From Bacteroidales bacterium (GTDB lineage: Bacteria; Bacteroidota; Bacteroidia; Bacteroidales; UBA1402): a stretch of 64,000 bases of DNA. Shown here piece by piece: positions 20,003 to 29,529 of this stretch (its first letter is position 1; every line of letters starts with the position of its first letter). The notes under the pieces were generated by a model that searched no databases, had not been told where the DNA came from, and saw only the letters and a list, made by a program, of their open reading frames with translations. Location: contig JAZQNO010000025.1 in the NCBI GenBank assembly GCA_045627385.1, positions 81,997 to 145,996 of the forward strand, written 5' to 3'. Position numbers and translations under genes: made by a program.

Positions 20003-20629
20003 TCAATAGGAATCGCAAATGTCTTTCAAAATGCAGTTCTCACATTGGGGTTTGCGGGCCAGACAGGTGTAGCGGCCGTGCAGAATGAGCCAGTGATGGG
20101 CCTTGAAGAGCAGTTCTTCGGGTATGTTCTGCAGCAGAATCCGTTCGGTTTCTTCGGGCGTCCGCGACTGACGGGTCAGTCCGATGCGGTTGGCGACGCG
20201 GAACACGTGGGTGTCGACGGGCATCGCGGGTTTGTCGAACGCGCAGATGAGCATCACGCTGGCGGTCTTGCGGCCGACGCCTGGCAGGCTGGTCAGCGCT
20301 TCCATCGTGTCGGGAACCCGACCTTCGAAATCGCGTGTCAGTTGGCGGGCCATTTCCACCAGATGGGCGGCTTTGGCATTGGGATAAGAAATGCTCCGGA
20401 TGTATCCGTAAACGGTTTCAGGAGTGGATGCGGCCATTGAAGCGGCGTCGGGAAAGGCTTTGAAGAGGGCCGGGGTGACCATGTTGACCCGTTTGTCGGT
20501 GCATTGGGCTGAGAGCATCACGGCCACCAGCAGCTCGAAAGGATTGCTGTAGTGGAGTTCGGTGTCCGCGTCGGGCATCGCCTCGGCAAAACGTTCCAGG
20601 ACAATCTGATATTTCTGAAAAGTGTCCAT
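20003..20629 (-). CDS. nth: endonuclease III
   Basis: 208 aa with the HhH motif LPGVGRKTA and a C-terminal Cx6Cx2Cx5C cluster (CLARKPQCENCILKDIC). Confidence 0.93.
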   Translation of the reverse strand: MDTFQKYQIVLERFAEAMPDADTELHYSNPFELLVAVMLSAQCTDKRVNMVTPALFKAFPDAASMAASTPETVYGYIRSISYPNAKAAHLVEMARQLTRDFEGRVPDTMEALTSLPGVGRKTASVMLICAFDKPAMPVDTHVFRVANRIGLTRQSRTPEETERILLQNIPEELLFKAHHWLILHGRYTCLARKPQCENCILKDICDSY

Positions 20630-20651
20630 AGTTGGAAGGGGGCGTTTCCAA

Positions 20652-21110
20652 TCAGTCGACTTTGAAGACGATGCGGAAGGAACCGCCGTCGTAACTGGTG
20701 CTGGTGATGCGGAAGGTGCCGATCTCGGCGGTGGATGCCACGTGGTTGCCTATGCAGGGGCATACGTCGTAATCGCCGATGCGCACCAGCCGGAGCGTTT
20801 CGGAAGCGTCTTCGGGAAGGCGGTCCAGATGAACTCCTTCGGGTATGTGGTCCCGGTCGACGAATTCGAAAGTGACGGGCAGGTCGTCTGCAATGAGCTG
20901 GCGCATCCGGGCCTCTATTTCGGCGATTTGTTCCGGAGTGGGGCAGGAGGGCAGTTCGTAGTTGATTTTCGACTTTTTCCGTTCGATGTGCATGTTGCGG
21001 GAGCGGCCGCAGCCGAACATACGGTCCATCGTCTGGTTGAGCAGATGCTCGGCCGTATGGGCAGGCGCGTGCTCGTCCTTGTTGTGCGCGTTCAGGATGG
21101 GTTCGTCCAT
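20652..21110 (-). CDS. AlaX-like tRNA editing domain protein (tRNA_SAD)
   Basis: 152 aa with the HTAEH (HxxxH) and CPCIGNH (CxxxH) zinc motifs. Confidence 0.7.
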   Translation of the reverse strand: MDEPILNAHNKDEHAPAHTAEHLLNQTMDRMFGCGRSRNMHIERKKSKINYELPSCPTPEQIAEIEARMRQLIADDLPVTFEFVDRDHIPEGVHLDRLPEDASETLRLVRIGDYDVCPCIGNHVASTAEIGTFRITSTSYDGGSFRIVFKVD

Positions 21111-21122
21111 GGCGGGCCTTTT

Positions 21123-22142
21123 TTAATAAGCCGACTGGAACTCGTCGAGGAAGCGGACATCGTTTTCAGAGAACATGCGCAGGTCCTTGACCTGATATTT
21201 CAGGTTGGTGATGCGTTCGATGCCCATGCCGAGAGCGAAACCGCTGTAGACTTTGCTGTCGATGCCGTTGGCTTCCAGCACGTTCGGGTCGACCATGCCG
21301 CAGCCGAGAATTTCCACCCAACCGGTGTTCTTGCAGAAGGGGCAGCCTTTGCCGCCGCAGATGTTGCAGGAAATGTCCAGTTCGGCTGACGGTTCGGTGA
21401 AGGGGAAGTACGACGGACGCAGACGGATCTTGGTCTGGCTGCCGAACATCTCTTTGGAGAAATATTCCAGCACCTGAAGGAGGTCCTTATAAGATACGTT
21501 CTTGTCTACATAGAGGGCTTCGACCTGATGGAAGAAACAATGGGCGCGATAGGAGATGGCTTCGTTGCGGTAGACGCGTCCCGGGCAGATGATGCGGATG
21601 GGCGGCTGCGTCTTTTCCATCGTACGGCTCTGCACGGAAGAAGTGTGCGTGCGGAGGATGACGTCGGGATGCGATTCGATGAAGAAGGTATCCTGCATGT
21701 CGCGTGCGGGATGCTCGGGCGGAAAGTTAAGCGCGGAAAAGACATGCCAGTCGTCCTCGATTTCGGGACCTTCGGCCAGTGTGAAGCCGATGTTTTCGAA
21801 AATGCGGATGATTTCGTTGCGGACAATCGACAGCGGATGGCGGGTTCCCAGTTGGGTAGGGTAGGCCGTGCGGCTGAAATCGAAATCCTGGGCTTGTGCC
21901 TGCTTGCTTTCCAGCGAGGCCTTGAGCTCGTTGAGACGGTCTTGGGCCGCGTTCTTGAGCTGATTGAGCTTCATGCCGACTTCTTTCTTCTGTTCGGCGG
22001 CGACATTGCGGAAATCGTTGAACAGTTCGCTGATTTCGCCTTTCTTGCTCAAGTATTTGATACGGAGTTCTTCCAACTCCTGGGCGTTGGCCGGTGACCA
22101 TTTGCCCACTTCTTCAAGCAGTTTTTGAATCTTGTCTAACAT
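21123..22142 (-). CDS. pheS: phenylalanine--tRNA ligase alpha subunit
   Basis: Class II aaRS blocks FPPEHPARDMQDTF, RTHTSSVQ and GMGIERI are present. The true start is MLDKIQKLLEE at 22140-22142 (339 aa). The track ORF extends a further 101 codons into the intergenic region. Confidence 0.93.
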   Translation of the reverse strand: MLDKIQKLLEEVGKWSPANAQELEELRIKYLSKKGEISELFNDFRNVAAEQKKEVGMKLNQLKNAAQDRLNELKASLESKQAQAQDFDFSRTAYPTQLGTRHPLSIVRNEIIRIFENIGFTLAEGPEIEDDWHVFSALNFPPEHPARDMQDTFFIESHPDVILRTHTSSVQSRTMEKTQPPIRIICPGRVYRNEAISYRAHCFFHQVEALYVDKNVSYKDLLQVLEYFSKEMFGSQTKIRLRPSYFPFTEPSAELDISCNICGGKGCPFCKNTGWVEILGCGMVDPNVLEANGIDSKVYSGFALGMGIERITNLKYQVKDLRMFSENDVRFLDEFQSAY

Positions 22143-22163
22143 CACCTTGTTTTTTAGGACGTG

Positions 22164-22171
22164 CAAAGTTA
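22164..22171 (-). promoter_or_regulatory. -7 box (TAACTTTG on the minus strand) for pheS
   Basis: The plus strand reads CAAAGTTA, about 22 nt upstream of the pheS ATG. Confidence 0.4.
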
Positions 22172-22307
22172 GTGCAAGGCGAGCGAAAAACAAAGCCGGA
22201 CGGCTTTGTTTTTCCGAGCCGCAGCCTAACTTCTGCGCCCGGAGGGCGTAAGGCGCGAGCGCAGCGGAGCGCCGCATCGCCCGAGGGCGCAGATGCTCAC
22301 CTTGCAC
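22172..22307. repeat. nested GC-rich inverted-repeat element in the pheS/tilS divergent spacer
   Basis: The outer arms are GTGCAAGGCGAGC (22172-22184) and GCTCACCTTGCAC (22295-22307). Inside are an 8-bp hairpin ACAAAGCC-GGAC-GGCTTTGT flanked by A5/T5 (22186-22213) and a long imperfect GC hairpin (arms 22233-22248 and 22278-22292). Confidence 0.5.
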
Positions 22308-22383
22308 TGATGTTTTTTCGGGAACGCTTGGAGGGCTGACGGAATATTGCGAACTTTGTCCGTCACCAAACAGACGCAAGTCC

Positions 22384-23721
22384 ATGCTGGTCAGAAAAGT
22401 CAGACAATACATCAGCGAACAGTCGCTGCTGGAGCCCGGCGGCAAAGTGCTGGCAGCCTTCAGCGGAGGCCCCGATTCCGTGGCCCTGCTCAGCGTGTTG
22501 CGTGAACTGGGCTACGACTGCCTGGCCGTCCATGTCAATTTCCATCTCCGCGGCGAAGAATCCGACCGTGACGAAGCCTTCGTGCGCGCTTTCTGCCAGG
22601 AGCGTAAGATCCCCCTCAGAGTAGAACATTGCCAGACTTCGTCCTACGCTGAAGAACATCATCTGTCCATCGAAATGGCGGCACGTGAACAGCGTTACCG
22701 TATTTTTGAGCAAATACTATTCGCGGAGCACCTCGACGTCATTGCCGTAGGCCATCATTCCGACGACAGCCTGGAAACTTTTTTCCTGAATCTGCTGCGG
22801 GGAAGCGGCATTGCCGGGCTGACGGGAATCCGTCCGAAAAACGCCCGCACCGTTCGCCCGCTGTTATGCGCAAACCGCTCTGAAATAGAAAATTATCTTT
22901 CCGAGAAAGGACTCCCTTACATCATCGACAGCACCAACTTGGAAACCGTCTGCAAGCGTAATGAAGTGCGCTTGCAAGTGCTGCCTCTGCTCGAAAACAT
23001 CGAACCATCTGCCCGTAAGACCATGGGCCGGAGCCTCTCGTTTCTGGGCGAGACGGCCGCTCTGCAGGCACGCGAAATTCAGGCCGCTCTCAAACGTCTG
23101 CGATTGCCTGTCGCCGGAAAGCTTCCTGTGGCCGATCTGGAACTCGAATCCATCCCTCAGAACATACTCTATGCCTGGCTTTCGCCCTTCGGATTCGGCA
23201 CTCACGCCGTAGAGGAAATCTGGAGGCAGCGCCATGCCCAGACCGGCCGGCAGTTCTTCTCGGAAACCCACCGCCTGCTGCTGAACCGCGGCCAGTGGCA
23301 GCTCGCTCCGCTCGCTGCCCCTTCCGACATCCCCACCTCGGGCTGCAGCCTGCTTCAGGCCGGCTGGCAAATCGAAACCATCCCGGTCGACAGCCCGCTC
23401 TCGTCATCCGAACTGAAAAAACTCATACCGGAAAACCCGCAGGAAGCCGTCCTCGACGCCGACAAACTCCGTATGCCTCTGACGGTAAGACATCCCCAGG
23501 CAGGAGACCGATTTATTCCATATGGTATGAAACAGAGCCGCCTCATCAGCGATTTTCTGACCGACCTGAAACTGTCCCGATGGGAAAAGGAACAGGTGAA
23601 ATTGGTGTCCGATGCCTCCGGAGCTGTCGTTTGGGTAATCGGCTACCGCGTGGCCGACCCCTGTGCGCTCACAAGTGCTACCCAAAGTGTGCTGAAGATT
23701 TCTAAATTGTCGGAATTCTGA
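22384..23721 (+). CDS. tilS: tRNA(Ile)-lysidine synthase
   Basis: 445 aa with the PP-loop SGGPDS near the N terminus. Confidence 0.9.
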   Translation: MLVRKVRQYISEQSLLEPGGKVLAAFSGGPDSVALLSVLRELGYDCLAVHVNFHLRGEESDRDEAFVRAFCQERKIPLRVEHCQTSSYAEEHHLSIEMAAREQRYRIFEQILFAEHLDVIAVGHHSDDSLETFFLNLLRGSGIAGLTGIRPKNARTVRPLLCANRSEIENYLSEKGLPYIIDSTNLETVCKRNEVRLQVLPLLENIEPSARKTMGRSLSFLGETAALQAREIQAALKRLRLPVAGKLPVADLELESIPQNILYAWLSPFGFGTHAVEEIWRQRHAQTGRQFFSETHRLLLNRGQWQLAPLAAPSDIPTSGCSLLQAGWQIETIPVDSPLSSSELKKLIPENPQEAVLDADKLRMPLTVRHPQAGDRFIPYGMKQSRLISDFLTDLKLSRWEKEQVKLVSDASGAVVWVIGYRVADPCALTSATQSVLKISKLSEF

Positions 23722-23801
23722 CAAGTTTTTCCTATCTTCGCGGCACTTAAACAGAGATATGTTCCCCAGTGGAGAACACATCCGCAACGATTATTCCGAT
23801 T

Positions 23802-25433
23802 ATGACGAACAAATTGCTTTTGCTGGGAGACGAAGCCATTGCGCAGGCAGCTCTTGATGCCGGTCTCTCAGGCGTTTATGCCTATCCGGGCACCCCATCG
23901 ACCGAAATCACCGAATATATCCAGAACCGTCAGAAAGTTCTGGCAAAGGAGGGAAAAACGACCATCCATTGCGCCTGGTCTGTCAATGAAAAGACGGCGA
24001 TGGAGGCCGCTATGGGTATGGCCTTCAGCGGCAAACGCGCGCTCGTGTGCATGAAACACGTCGGCGTGAACGTAGCCGCCGACCCCTTGATGAACTCGGC
24101 CATATCCGGCGTGGTCGGCGGTCTGGTCTTCGTGGCGGCCGACGACCCTTCGATGCACAGTTCCCAAAACGAACAGGATTCGCGCTATTACGGCCATTTC
24201 GCCATGCTGCCTGTGCTGGAGCCTTCCAACCAGCAGGAAGCCTACGACATGGTCTACGAGGGTTTCGAACTGTCCGAACGCTTCGGATTCCCGGTGATGC
24301 TGCGCATTACCACCCGTTTGGCCCATTCGCGCGCCGGCGTCGTGCGCAAGGCTGTGAAACCCCAGAATGACATCCGTTTCAGCGACGATCCCAAACAGTT
24401 CGTGCTGCTGCCCGTCAATGCCAAACAGCGTTACAAGGTGGCGCTGAAGACTCAGGAAGACATGCTGGCCAGTTCGGAGAACTCCTCGTTCAACAGCTAT
24501 GCCGACGGTCCCGACAAAAGCAAAGGCATCATCGCCAGCGGCATTGCCTACAACTACCTGATGGAAAACTATCCGCAGGGCTGTCCCTTCCCCCTCCTCA
24601 AAATCGGTCAGTATCCGCTTCCTGTGGCCGCCATCCGCCGCATGGCCGACGAATGCGAGACGCTGGTCGTTCTCGAAGAAGGCTATCCTTTCATTGAGGA
24701 ACAACTGCAGGGCCTCATTTACGACAATCAGAAAGTGCAAGGCCGTTTGAGCGGCCTGCTGCCCCGTGACGGCGAATTCAACCCCGATATCGTCGGAGCC
24801 GCTTTCGGCCTGAAATCGGAAGTGCCTTATGTCAAGCCTCAGGTGGTCATGCCCCGTCCGCCGGCTCTCTGCCAGGGATGTGGCCATCGCGACATGTACG
24901 ACGCCCTTAACGAAGTGGTCCGTCCGCTGGGCGCCGATGCCAAAGTCTTCGGCGACATCGGCTGCTACACGCTGGGTTATCTGCCGCCTTTCCGCGCGCT
25001 CAATTCCACGCTCGACATGGGTGCCTCCATCACGATGGCCAAAGGAGCCGCCGACGCCGGTGTGAAATACCCCGTCGCCGTCATCGGCGATTCCACCTTC
25101 ACCCATTCGGGCATGACTTCGCTTCTCGACGCGGTCAATGCCAATTCGCCCATCACCGTGATCATTTCCGACAACGAGACCACGGGCATGACCGGTGGAC
25201 AGGATTCGGCCGGCACCGGAAAAATCGAATCCATCTGTCTGGGCTTGGGAGTCGATCCCGCCCATCTGAAGGTGCTGGTTCCGCTTAAGAAGAACCACGA
25301 GGAAATGGTGGCTGTCATCCGTGAAGAAATCGCTTATCCGGGTCTCTCGGTCATCATTCCCCGACGCGAGTGCATCCAGACGGCCGCCCGTCACGCCAAA
25401 GAACGCGCCTTGGCGGCTAAAAAGGCAGAATAA
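23802..25433 (+). CDS. iorA: indolepyruvate:ferredoxin oxidoreductase alpha subunit
   Basis: It has TPP-enzyme blocks (GDIGCYTLG, GDSTFTHSG). The ATG at 23802 (MTNKLLLLGDEA) is preferred over the GTG at 23769. It is followed by iorB. Confidence 0.88.
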   Translation: MTNKLLLLGDEAIAQAALDAGLSGVYAYPGTPSTEITEYIQNRQKVLAKEGKTTIHCAWSVNEKTAMEAAMGMAFSGKRALVCMKHVGVNVAADPLMNSAISGVVGGLVFVAADDPSMHSSQNEQDSRYYGHFAMLPVLEPSNQQEAYDMVYEGFELSERFGFPVMLRITTRLAHSRAGVVRKAVKPQNDIRFSDDPKQFVLLPVNAKQRYKVALKTQEDMLASSENSSFNSYADGPDKSKGIIASGIAYNYLMENYPQGCPFPLLKIGQYPLPVAAIRRMADECETLVVLEEGYPFIEEQLQGLIYDNQKVQGRLSGLLPRDGEFNPDIVGAAFGLKSEVPYVKPQVVMPRPPALCQGCGHRDMYDALNEVVRPLGADAKVFGDIGCYTLGYLPPFRALNSTLDMGASITMAKGAADAGVKYPVAVIGDSTFTHSGMTSLLDAVNANSPITVIISDNETTGMTGGQDSAGTGKIESICLGLGVDPAHLKVLVPLKKNHEEMVAVIREEIAYPGLSVIIPRRECIQTAARHAKERALAAKKAE

Positions 25434-25456
25434 CCGTATATCAAGACTTTACGACA

Positions 25457-26035
25457 ATGAAAATAGATATCATTCTTTCGGGTGTGGGCGGACAAGGCAT
25501 TCTGTCCATCGCCACCATTATCGGAGAAGCCGTCGTCAGCGAAGGCCTCTATATGAAACAGTCGGAAGTGCACGGCATGAGCCAGCGCGGCGGTGATGTC
25601 CAGTCCAACCTGCGCATCAGCGACCGGCCCATCCATTCCGACCTTATCGGATTGGGTCAGGCCGATCTGATCCTTTCGTTGGAACCTATGGAAGCCCTCC
25701 GCTATCTGCCCTTCCTCAACAAGGACGGCTGGGTGGTGACTTCTTCGGTGCCCTTTGTCAACATCCCCAATTATCCCGAAACGGAGACCTTGAACCAGGC
25801 GCTCGACGCTGTTCCCAACAAGGTGGTCCTCGATGTGGAAAGCATTGCCAAAGACTGCGGTTCGGCCCGCAGCGCCAATGTGGTGCTGCTCGGTGCCGCC
25901 ACGCCTTTCTTGCCGCTGCCCTACGAAAGCATCGTTCAGGGTATCCGCGCCATTTTCGGCCGTAAGGGCAACGAAGTGGTGGAAAAGAATCTGGCTGCTC
26001 TGGCAGCCGGAAAAGCCGTGGCCGACCAGCGCTGA
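25457..26035 (+). CDS. iorB: indolepyruvate:ferredoxin oxidoreductase beta subunit
   Basis: 192 aa with a gamma-domain-like block (GVGGQGILS). Confidence 0.88.
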   Translation: MKIDIILSGVGGQGILSIATIIGEAVVSEGLYMKQSEVHGMSQRGGDVQSNLRISDRPIHSDLIGLGQADLILSLEPMEALRYLPFLNKDGWVVTSSVPFVNIPNYPETETLNQALDAVPNKVVLDVESIAKDCGSARSANVVLLGAATPFLPLPYESIVQGIRAIFGRKGNEVVEKNLAALAAGKAVADQR

Positions 26036-26053
26036 CCTTAATTCAATCTCCTG

Positions 26054-27589
26054 ATGTCGACGAAGAAGATCCTTCTGTTTATCCTTGCCTGCCTTCTTTT
26101 GTTGGGTGGACTGGCGTACTTTTTCCCTTCGGACGGCATCAGCGTAGGTAAGTTTCATCTGAGTTTTCCATCTCTCAAGGAGGTCCTGACTCCTTCTTCG
26201 GGCGAAAAGGACCTGGCCATCGTCACTCCAGACGACCATCTCCAGCGGATGGAGGAGGCCTTTTATTGGAAGAACCTTTCCGATCTGGCCGATTCTTTGG
26301 ACTATTACGGGAACTTTTTCAAGGAAAGCGACGTCAGGATAGAATTTCCCGACAACGACCCTTCTTTGTTCGATTCGCTTTTCATCCGGCTCGAAAGAGC
26401 GTCGGAAGGGAAGGGAACCGTACATGTGGTGCACTATGGAGATTCGCAGATCGAACAGGACCGTCTGACCGCCACTTTCCGCCGTTCCTGGCAAGACTTG
26501 TTCGGAGGTTCCGGTCCGGGCCTCGTGCCTGCCATCCAACCCATTCCCACACCGACCATATCGCAGTCGTACAGCGGCAACTGGCAGCGATCGCTCGTAT
26601 ACGGCCCCGCTTCAGGAAGAGCTTCTCATCGGCGCTACGGGCCATTGGGCGCGGTCTGCACCTTGGCCGATACCGGGCAGATTGTCGTGGGGCCGCGCTA
26701 CCCCAATCAGCCCGATCCCGTCAAGCGCTTTTCGCATGTCCGTCTGCTGATAGGGCAGCAGAGCGCCGATTTTCAGGCTCAGCTGACGGCCGGCCATTTC
26801 CGTCAGACGCGTCACACCCAAGGGCAGAACAGCCGTTTGGAAGTGCTGGAATGGCAACTTCCGACCGCCCAGCAGCGGGTTCAGCTCCGCATGAGCGGCT
26901 CGGCCGAAATCTACGGCCTCATTCTGGAAGATTCCACGGGCGTGTCGGTCGACAACGTGCCGATGCGCGGCTGCTCGGGCACGGTGTTCACCCGCATCGA
27001 CAAGGCTTTGTTGAAAGCCGTTTACGAAGAGATGGACGTGGCGCTGTTCATCCTGCAGTTCGGCGGCAACCGGGTGCCGATCATCCATTCGGAAAAAGAC
27101 ATCGCCTCTTATGTGGCCAATTTGGAAAAACAGATTCTGATGTTTCAGGAACTGCTTCCCGACGCCGCCATTCTTTTCATAGGACCGGCCGACATGTCGG
27201 TCAGCATCGATGGACAGAAACAGACCTATCCGATGCTGGAGCCGACTATCGAGGCCATCCGCCGGCTTTGTCTGGACAACGGAGTGGCGTTCTGGGACAT
27301 GTACCACGTGATGGGCGGTCACAATTCGATGTTGCAGTGGGTCAAGGCCCAACCGCAGCTGGCCGCCTCCGACTACACGCATTTCACCGTGAAGGGCGCG
27401 CGCCGCATGGCATCGTTGCTGGACGAGAGCCTTTCGGTCTGCTACGACCGTTTCCGTCTTTGCTCTCAGATTGACACGCTGATGTGGCAAGACATCGGCC
27501 ATCTCGACCGCGAACACGACTATCGTGCCGATTATGAGCGGGAAAAAGAATACGCCATCCAGGTGATGGAAGCCACAGACCGGCCATGA
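26054..27589 (+). CDS. membrane-anchored SGNH/GDSL-like hydrolase/acyltransferase (AlgJ/PatB-like partner of the MBOAT)
   Basis: 511 aa with a single N-terminal TM helix and the GDS block VHYGDSQIE. It has a 4-nt overlap with the MBOAT gene. Confidence 0.7.
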   Translation: MSTKKILLFILACLLLLGGLAYFFPSDGISVGKFHLSFPSLKEVLTPSSGEKDLAIVTPDDHLQRMEEAFYWKNLSDLADSLDYYGNFFKESDVRIEFPDNDPSLFDSLFIRLERASEGKGTVHVVHYGDSQIEQDRLTATFRRSWQDLFGGSGPGLVPAIQPIPTPTISQSYSGNWQRSLVYGPASGRASHRRYGPLGAVCTLADTGQIVVGPRYPNQPDPVKRFSHVRLLIGQQSADFQAQLTAGHFRQTRHTQGQNSRLEVLEWQLPTAQQRVQLRMSGSAEIYGLILEDSTGVSVDNVPMRGCSGTVFTRIDKALLKAVYEEMDVALFILQFGGNRVPIIHSEKDIASYVANLEKQILMFQELLPDAAILFIGPADMSVSIDGQKQTYPMLEPTIEAIRRLCLDNGVAFWDMYHVMGGHNSMLQWVKAQPQLAASDYTHFTVKGARRMASLLDESLSVCYDRFRLCSQIDTLMWQDIGHLDREHDYRADYEREKEYAIQVMEATDRP

Positions 27590-29490
27590 CGGAACTGCAC
27601 GACATATTCGGTATGCTGGGACCGTTTCTGAAATCGGTTTTCGCCTTCGACCCCGAATCGCCCCTGCTGTTCACACAGTTCTATTTCTGGGCCTTTTTCG
27701 CCTTGGTTTTCGCTTTGTTCAGTCTGTTGCACAATCGATTGATATTGAGGAACCTGTTTCTGTTTGTCTCGAGCGTGTTCTTCTACTACAAAACCAGCGG
27801 GCTGTGCGTGTTCATCCTGCTTTTCTGCGTGATGTCCGATTTTCTGCTGGCCAAACGGATACACCGTTCTGTAAAAGAGGGTGCCAGACGCTTTTGGCTG
27901 ATTGTCAGTCTGAGCATCAACCTGCTGTTGCTGTGCTATTTCAAATATTCGTATTTCTTCGCCGATCTGCTCCACCAGATGACCGGCATCGAGAGCCGGG
28001 TGTTCAATGTCTTCGCCTGGACGGCCAATCAGACGGTGCATGGCCCGGTCTTCAGCGTGGACCGGATTGTCTTGCCGGTGGGCATCAGTTTCTACCTGTT
28101 CCAGACCATCAGCTATACGGTCGATGTCTACCGGCGGCGTATCGAGCCGGTCGACAATGTCCTCGATTACGGATTTTTCGTCAGTTTCTTTCCTCAGCTG
28201 GTGGCCGGCCCCATTGTCAGGGCATCGGTCTTCCTGCCGCAGATGTACCAGAAGTTCTCCTTGTCGCGCCGGCAGTTCGGACTGGCTGTCTTCTGGATAC
28301 TGAACGGATTGGTCAAGAAACTGGTTCTGAGCGATTTCCTGGCAGTAAACTATATTGACCGCATCTTCGACAGCCCGGTGATGTATACTGGGTTCGAGAA
28401 CCTGATGGCCCTGTTCCTGTATTCGCTTCAGGTATATGCCGATTTCTCCGGATACACCGACATCGCCACCGGCGTGGCCCGTCTGATGGGTTTCCGCCTG
28501 CCTCAGAACTTCAATTCGCCCTATAAAGCCACCAATCCGGGCAATTTCTGGAAACGCTGGCACATCTCCCTGTCGAAATGGCTTCAAGACTATCTCTACA
28601 TTCCGCTCGGAGGCAATCGGAAAGCGACTTTCGGTACCTATTTCTGGCTCATCGCCATGGCCGGTGTCGCCGTCGCCCTCAGTCATAGCTGGGTCTTGGC
28701 CGCCGTGCTCGGAATCATCCTCGCACTTGCCCTTCTGCTGACCCGCCGCAAGGCCGACAGCCGTCGCCGGGTGACCACCGACATGAACTCCCTCACCACG
28801 ATGCTGCTGGGCGGACTCTGGCACGGTGCCAGTCTGAACTTCGTCATCTGGGGCGGCCTGAACGGCGTGGGCACCATCGTCTACAAAATCTGGAAGCGCC
28901 AGACGATGGGGCAGCGGGCATTGGTCATCACTTCGCTGTTTGCAGTGGTGTATGTGCTCGGCACATACGTCTGTCCGGGGCCTTTGCTCAATATAGGACG
29001 TATCTGGCTGGGCGTGATGGCCTTGGGTACCCTCGTCCGTTTCGTGTGGGGTCAGGTCGAAACGCTGTGGCCAGCCCGAAAACCCTGCTTCTTCACTTCG
29101 GCTGACGGTCTTGGAAAAGTCTGGGGCATCACGCAGACCTTTGTCTTCATCACATTCACCCGTCTGTTCTTTCGCAGCGGTTCCAATCTGAATCCGGCCG
29201 AAGCCAATCGACAGGCATGGGAAACAGCCACACAAATGATCGGCCAGATCGGCGGTCAATGGAATACGAGTCTGATACCGCCTGCCATCGTGCAGAATTG
29301 GGAAGTGTTCGCCCTGTTTGTCTTCGGCATGCTCGTTCACTGGCTTCCCGACCGATTCAAGCGCCGTTACCGAGCCCGCTTCGCCACCTTGCCGCTGCCG
29401 CTGATGGCGCTGGCTGTGGTCGCAGTGGTCTTTGTCGTGCGTCAGTTCATCACTTCGGATCTGAAGGCATTTATCTATTTCCAGTTCTGA
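27586..29490 (+). CDS. MBOAT-family O-acyltransferase (AlgI/PatA/DltB-like)
   Basis: 634 aa, polytopic, with the MBOAT blocks WHISLSKWLQDYLYIPLGGNR and GGLWHGASLNFVIWG. Confidence 0.88.
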   Translation: MTELHDIFGMLGPFLKSVFAFDPESPLLFTQFYFWAFFALVFALFSLLHNRLILRNLFLFVSSVFFYYKTSGLCVFILLFCVMSDFLLAKRIHRSVKEGARRFWLIVSLSINLLLLCYFKYSYFFADLLHQMTGIESRVFNVFAWTANQTVHGPVFSVDRIVLPVGISFYLFQTISYTVDVYRRRIEPVDNVLDYGFFVSFFPQLVAGPIVRASVFLPQMYQKFSLSRRQFGLAVFWILNGLVKKLVLSDFLAVNYIDRIFDSPVMYTGFENLMALFLYSLQVYADFSGYTDIATGVARLMGFRLPQNFNSPYKATNPGNFWKRWHISLSKWLQDYLYIPLGGNRKATFGTYFWLIAMAGVAVALSHSWVLAAVLGIILALALLLTRRKADSRRRVTTDMNSLTTMLLGGLWHGASLNFVIWGGLNGVGTIVYKIWKRQTMGQRALVITSLFAVVYVLGTYVCPGPLLNIGRIWLGVMALGTLVRFVWGQVETLWPARKPCFFTSADGLGKVWGITQTFVFITFTRLFFRSGSNLNPAEANRQAWETATQMIGQIGGQWNTSLIPPAIVQNWEVFALFVFGMLVHWLPDRFKRRYRARFATLPLPLMALAVVAVVFVVRQFITSDLKAFIYFQF

Positions 29491-29529
29491 TTTGCAATAA
29501 AAACCGTATTTTTGCGTTTGTCATCTCAG

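Noticed and set aside
22143-22445. A 101-codon N-terminal extension of the pheS ORF. Analogous extensions occur for the M23 peptidase (45550-45975), the gldH-like gene (41676-42077), ilvD (50183-50266), iorA, purH, miaA, rlmH and GH43.
   Set aside because: The extensions run through promoter boxes, hairpins or neighbouring genes. Internal ATGs give proteins of canonical length that begin with recognisable N termini or signal peptides.
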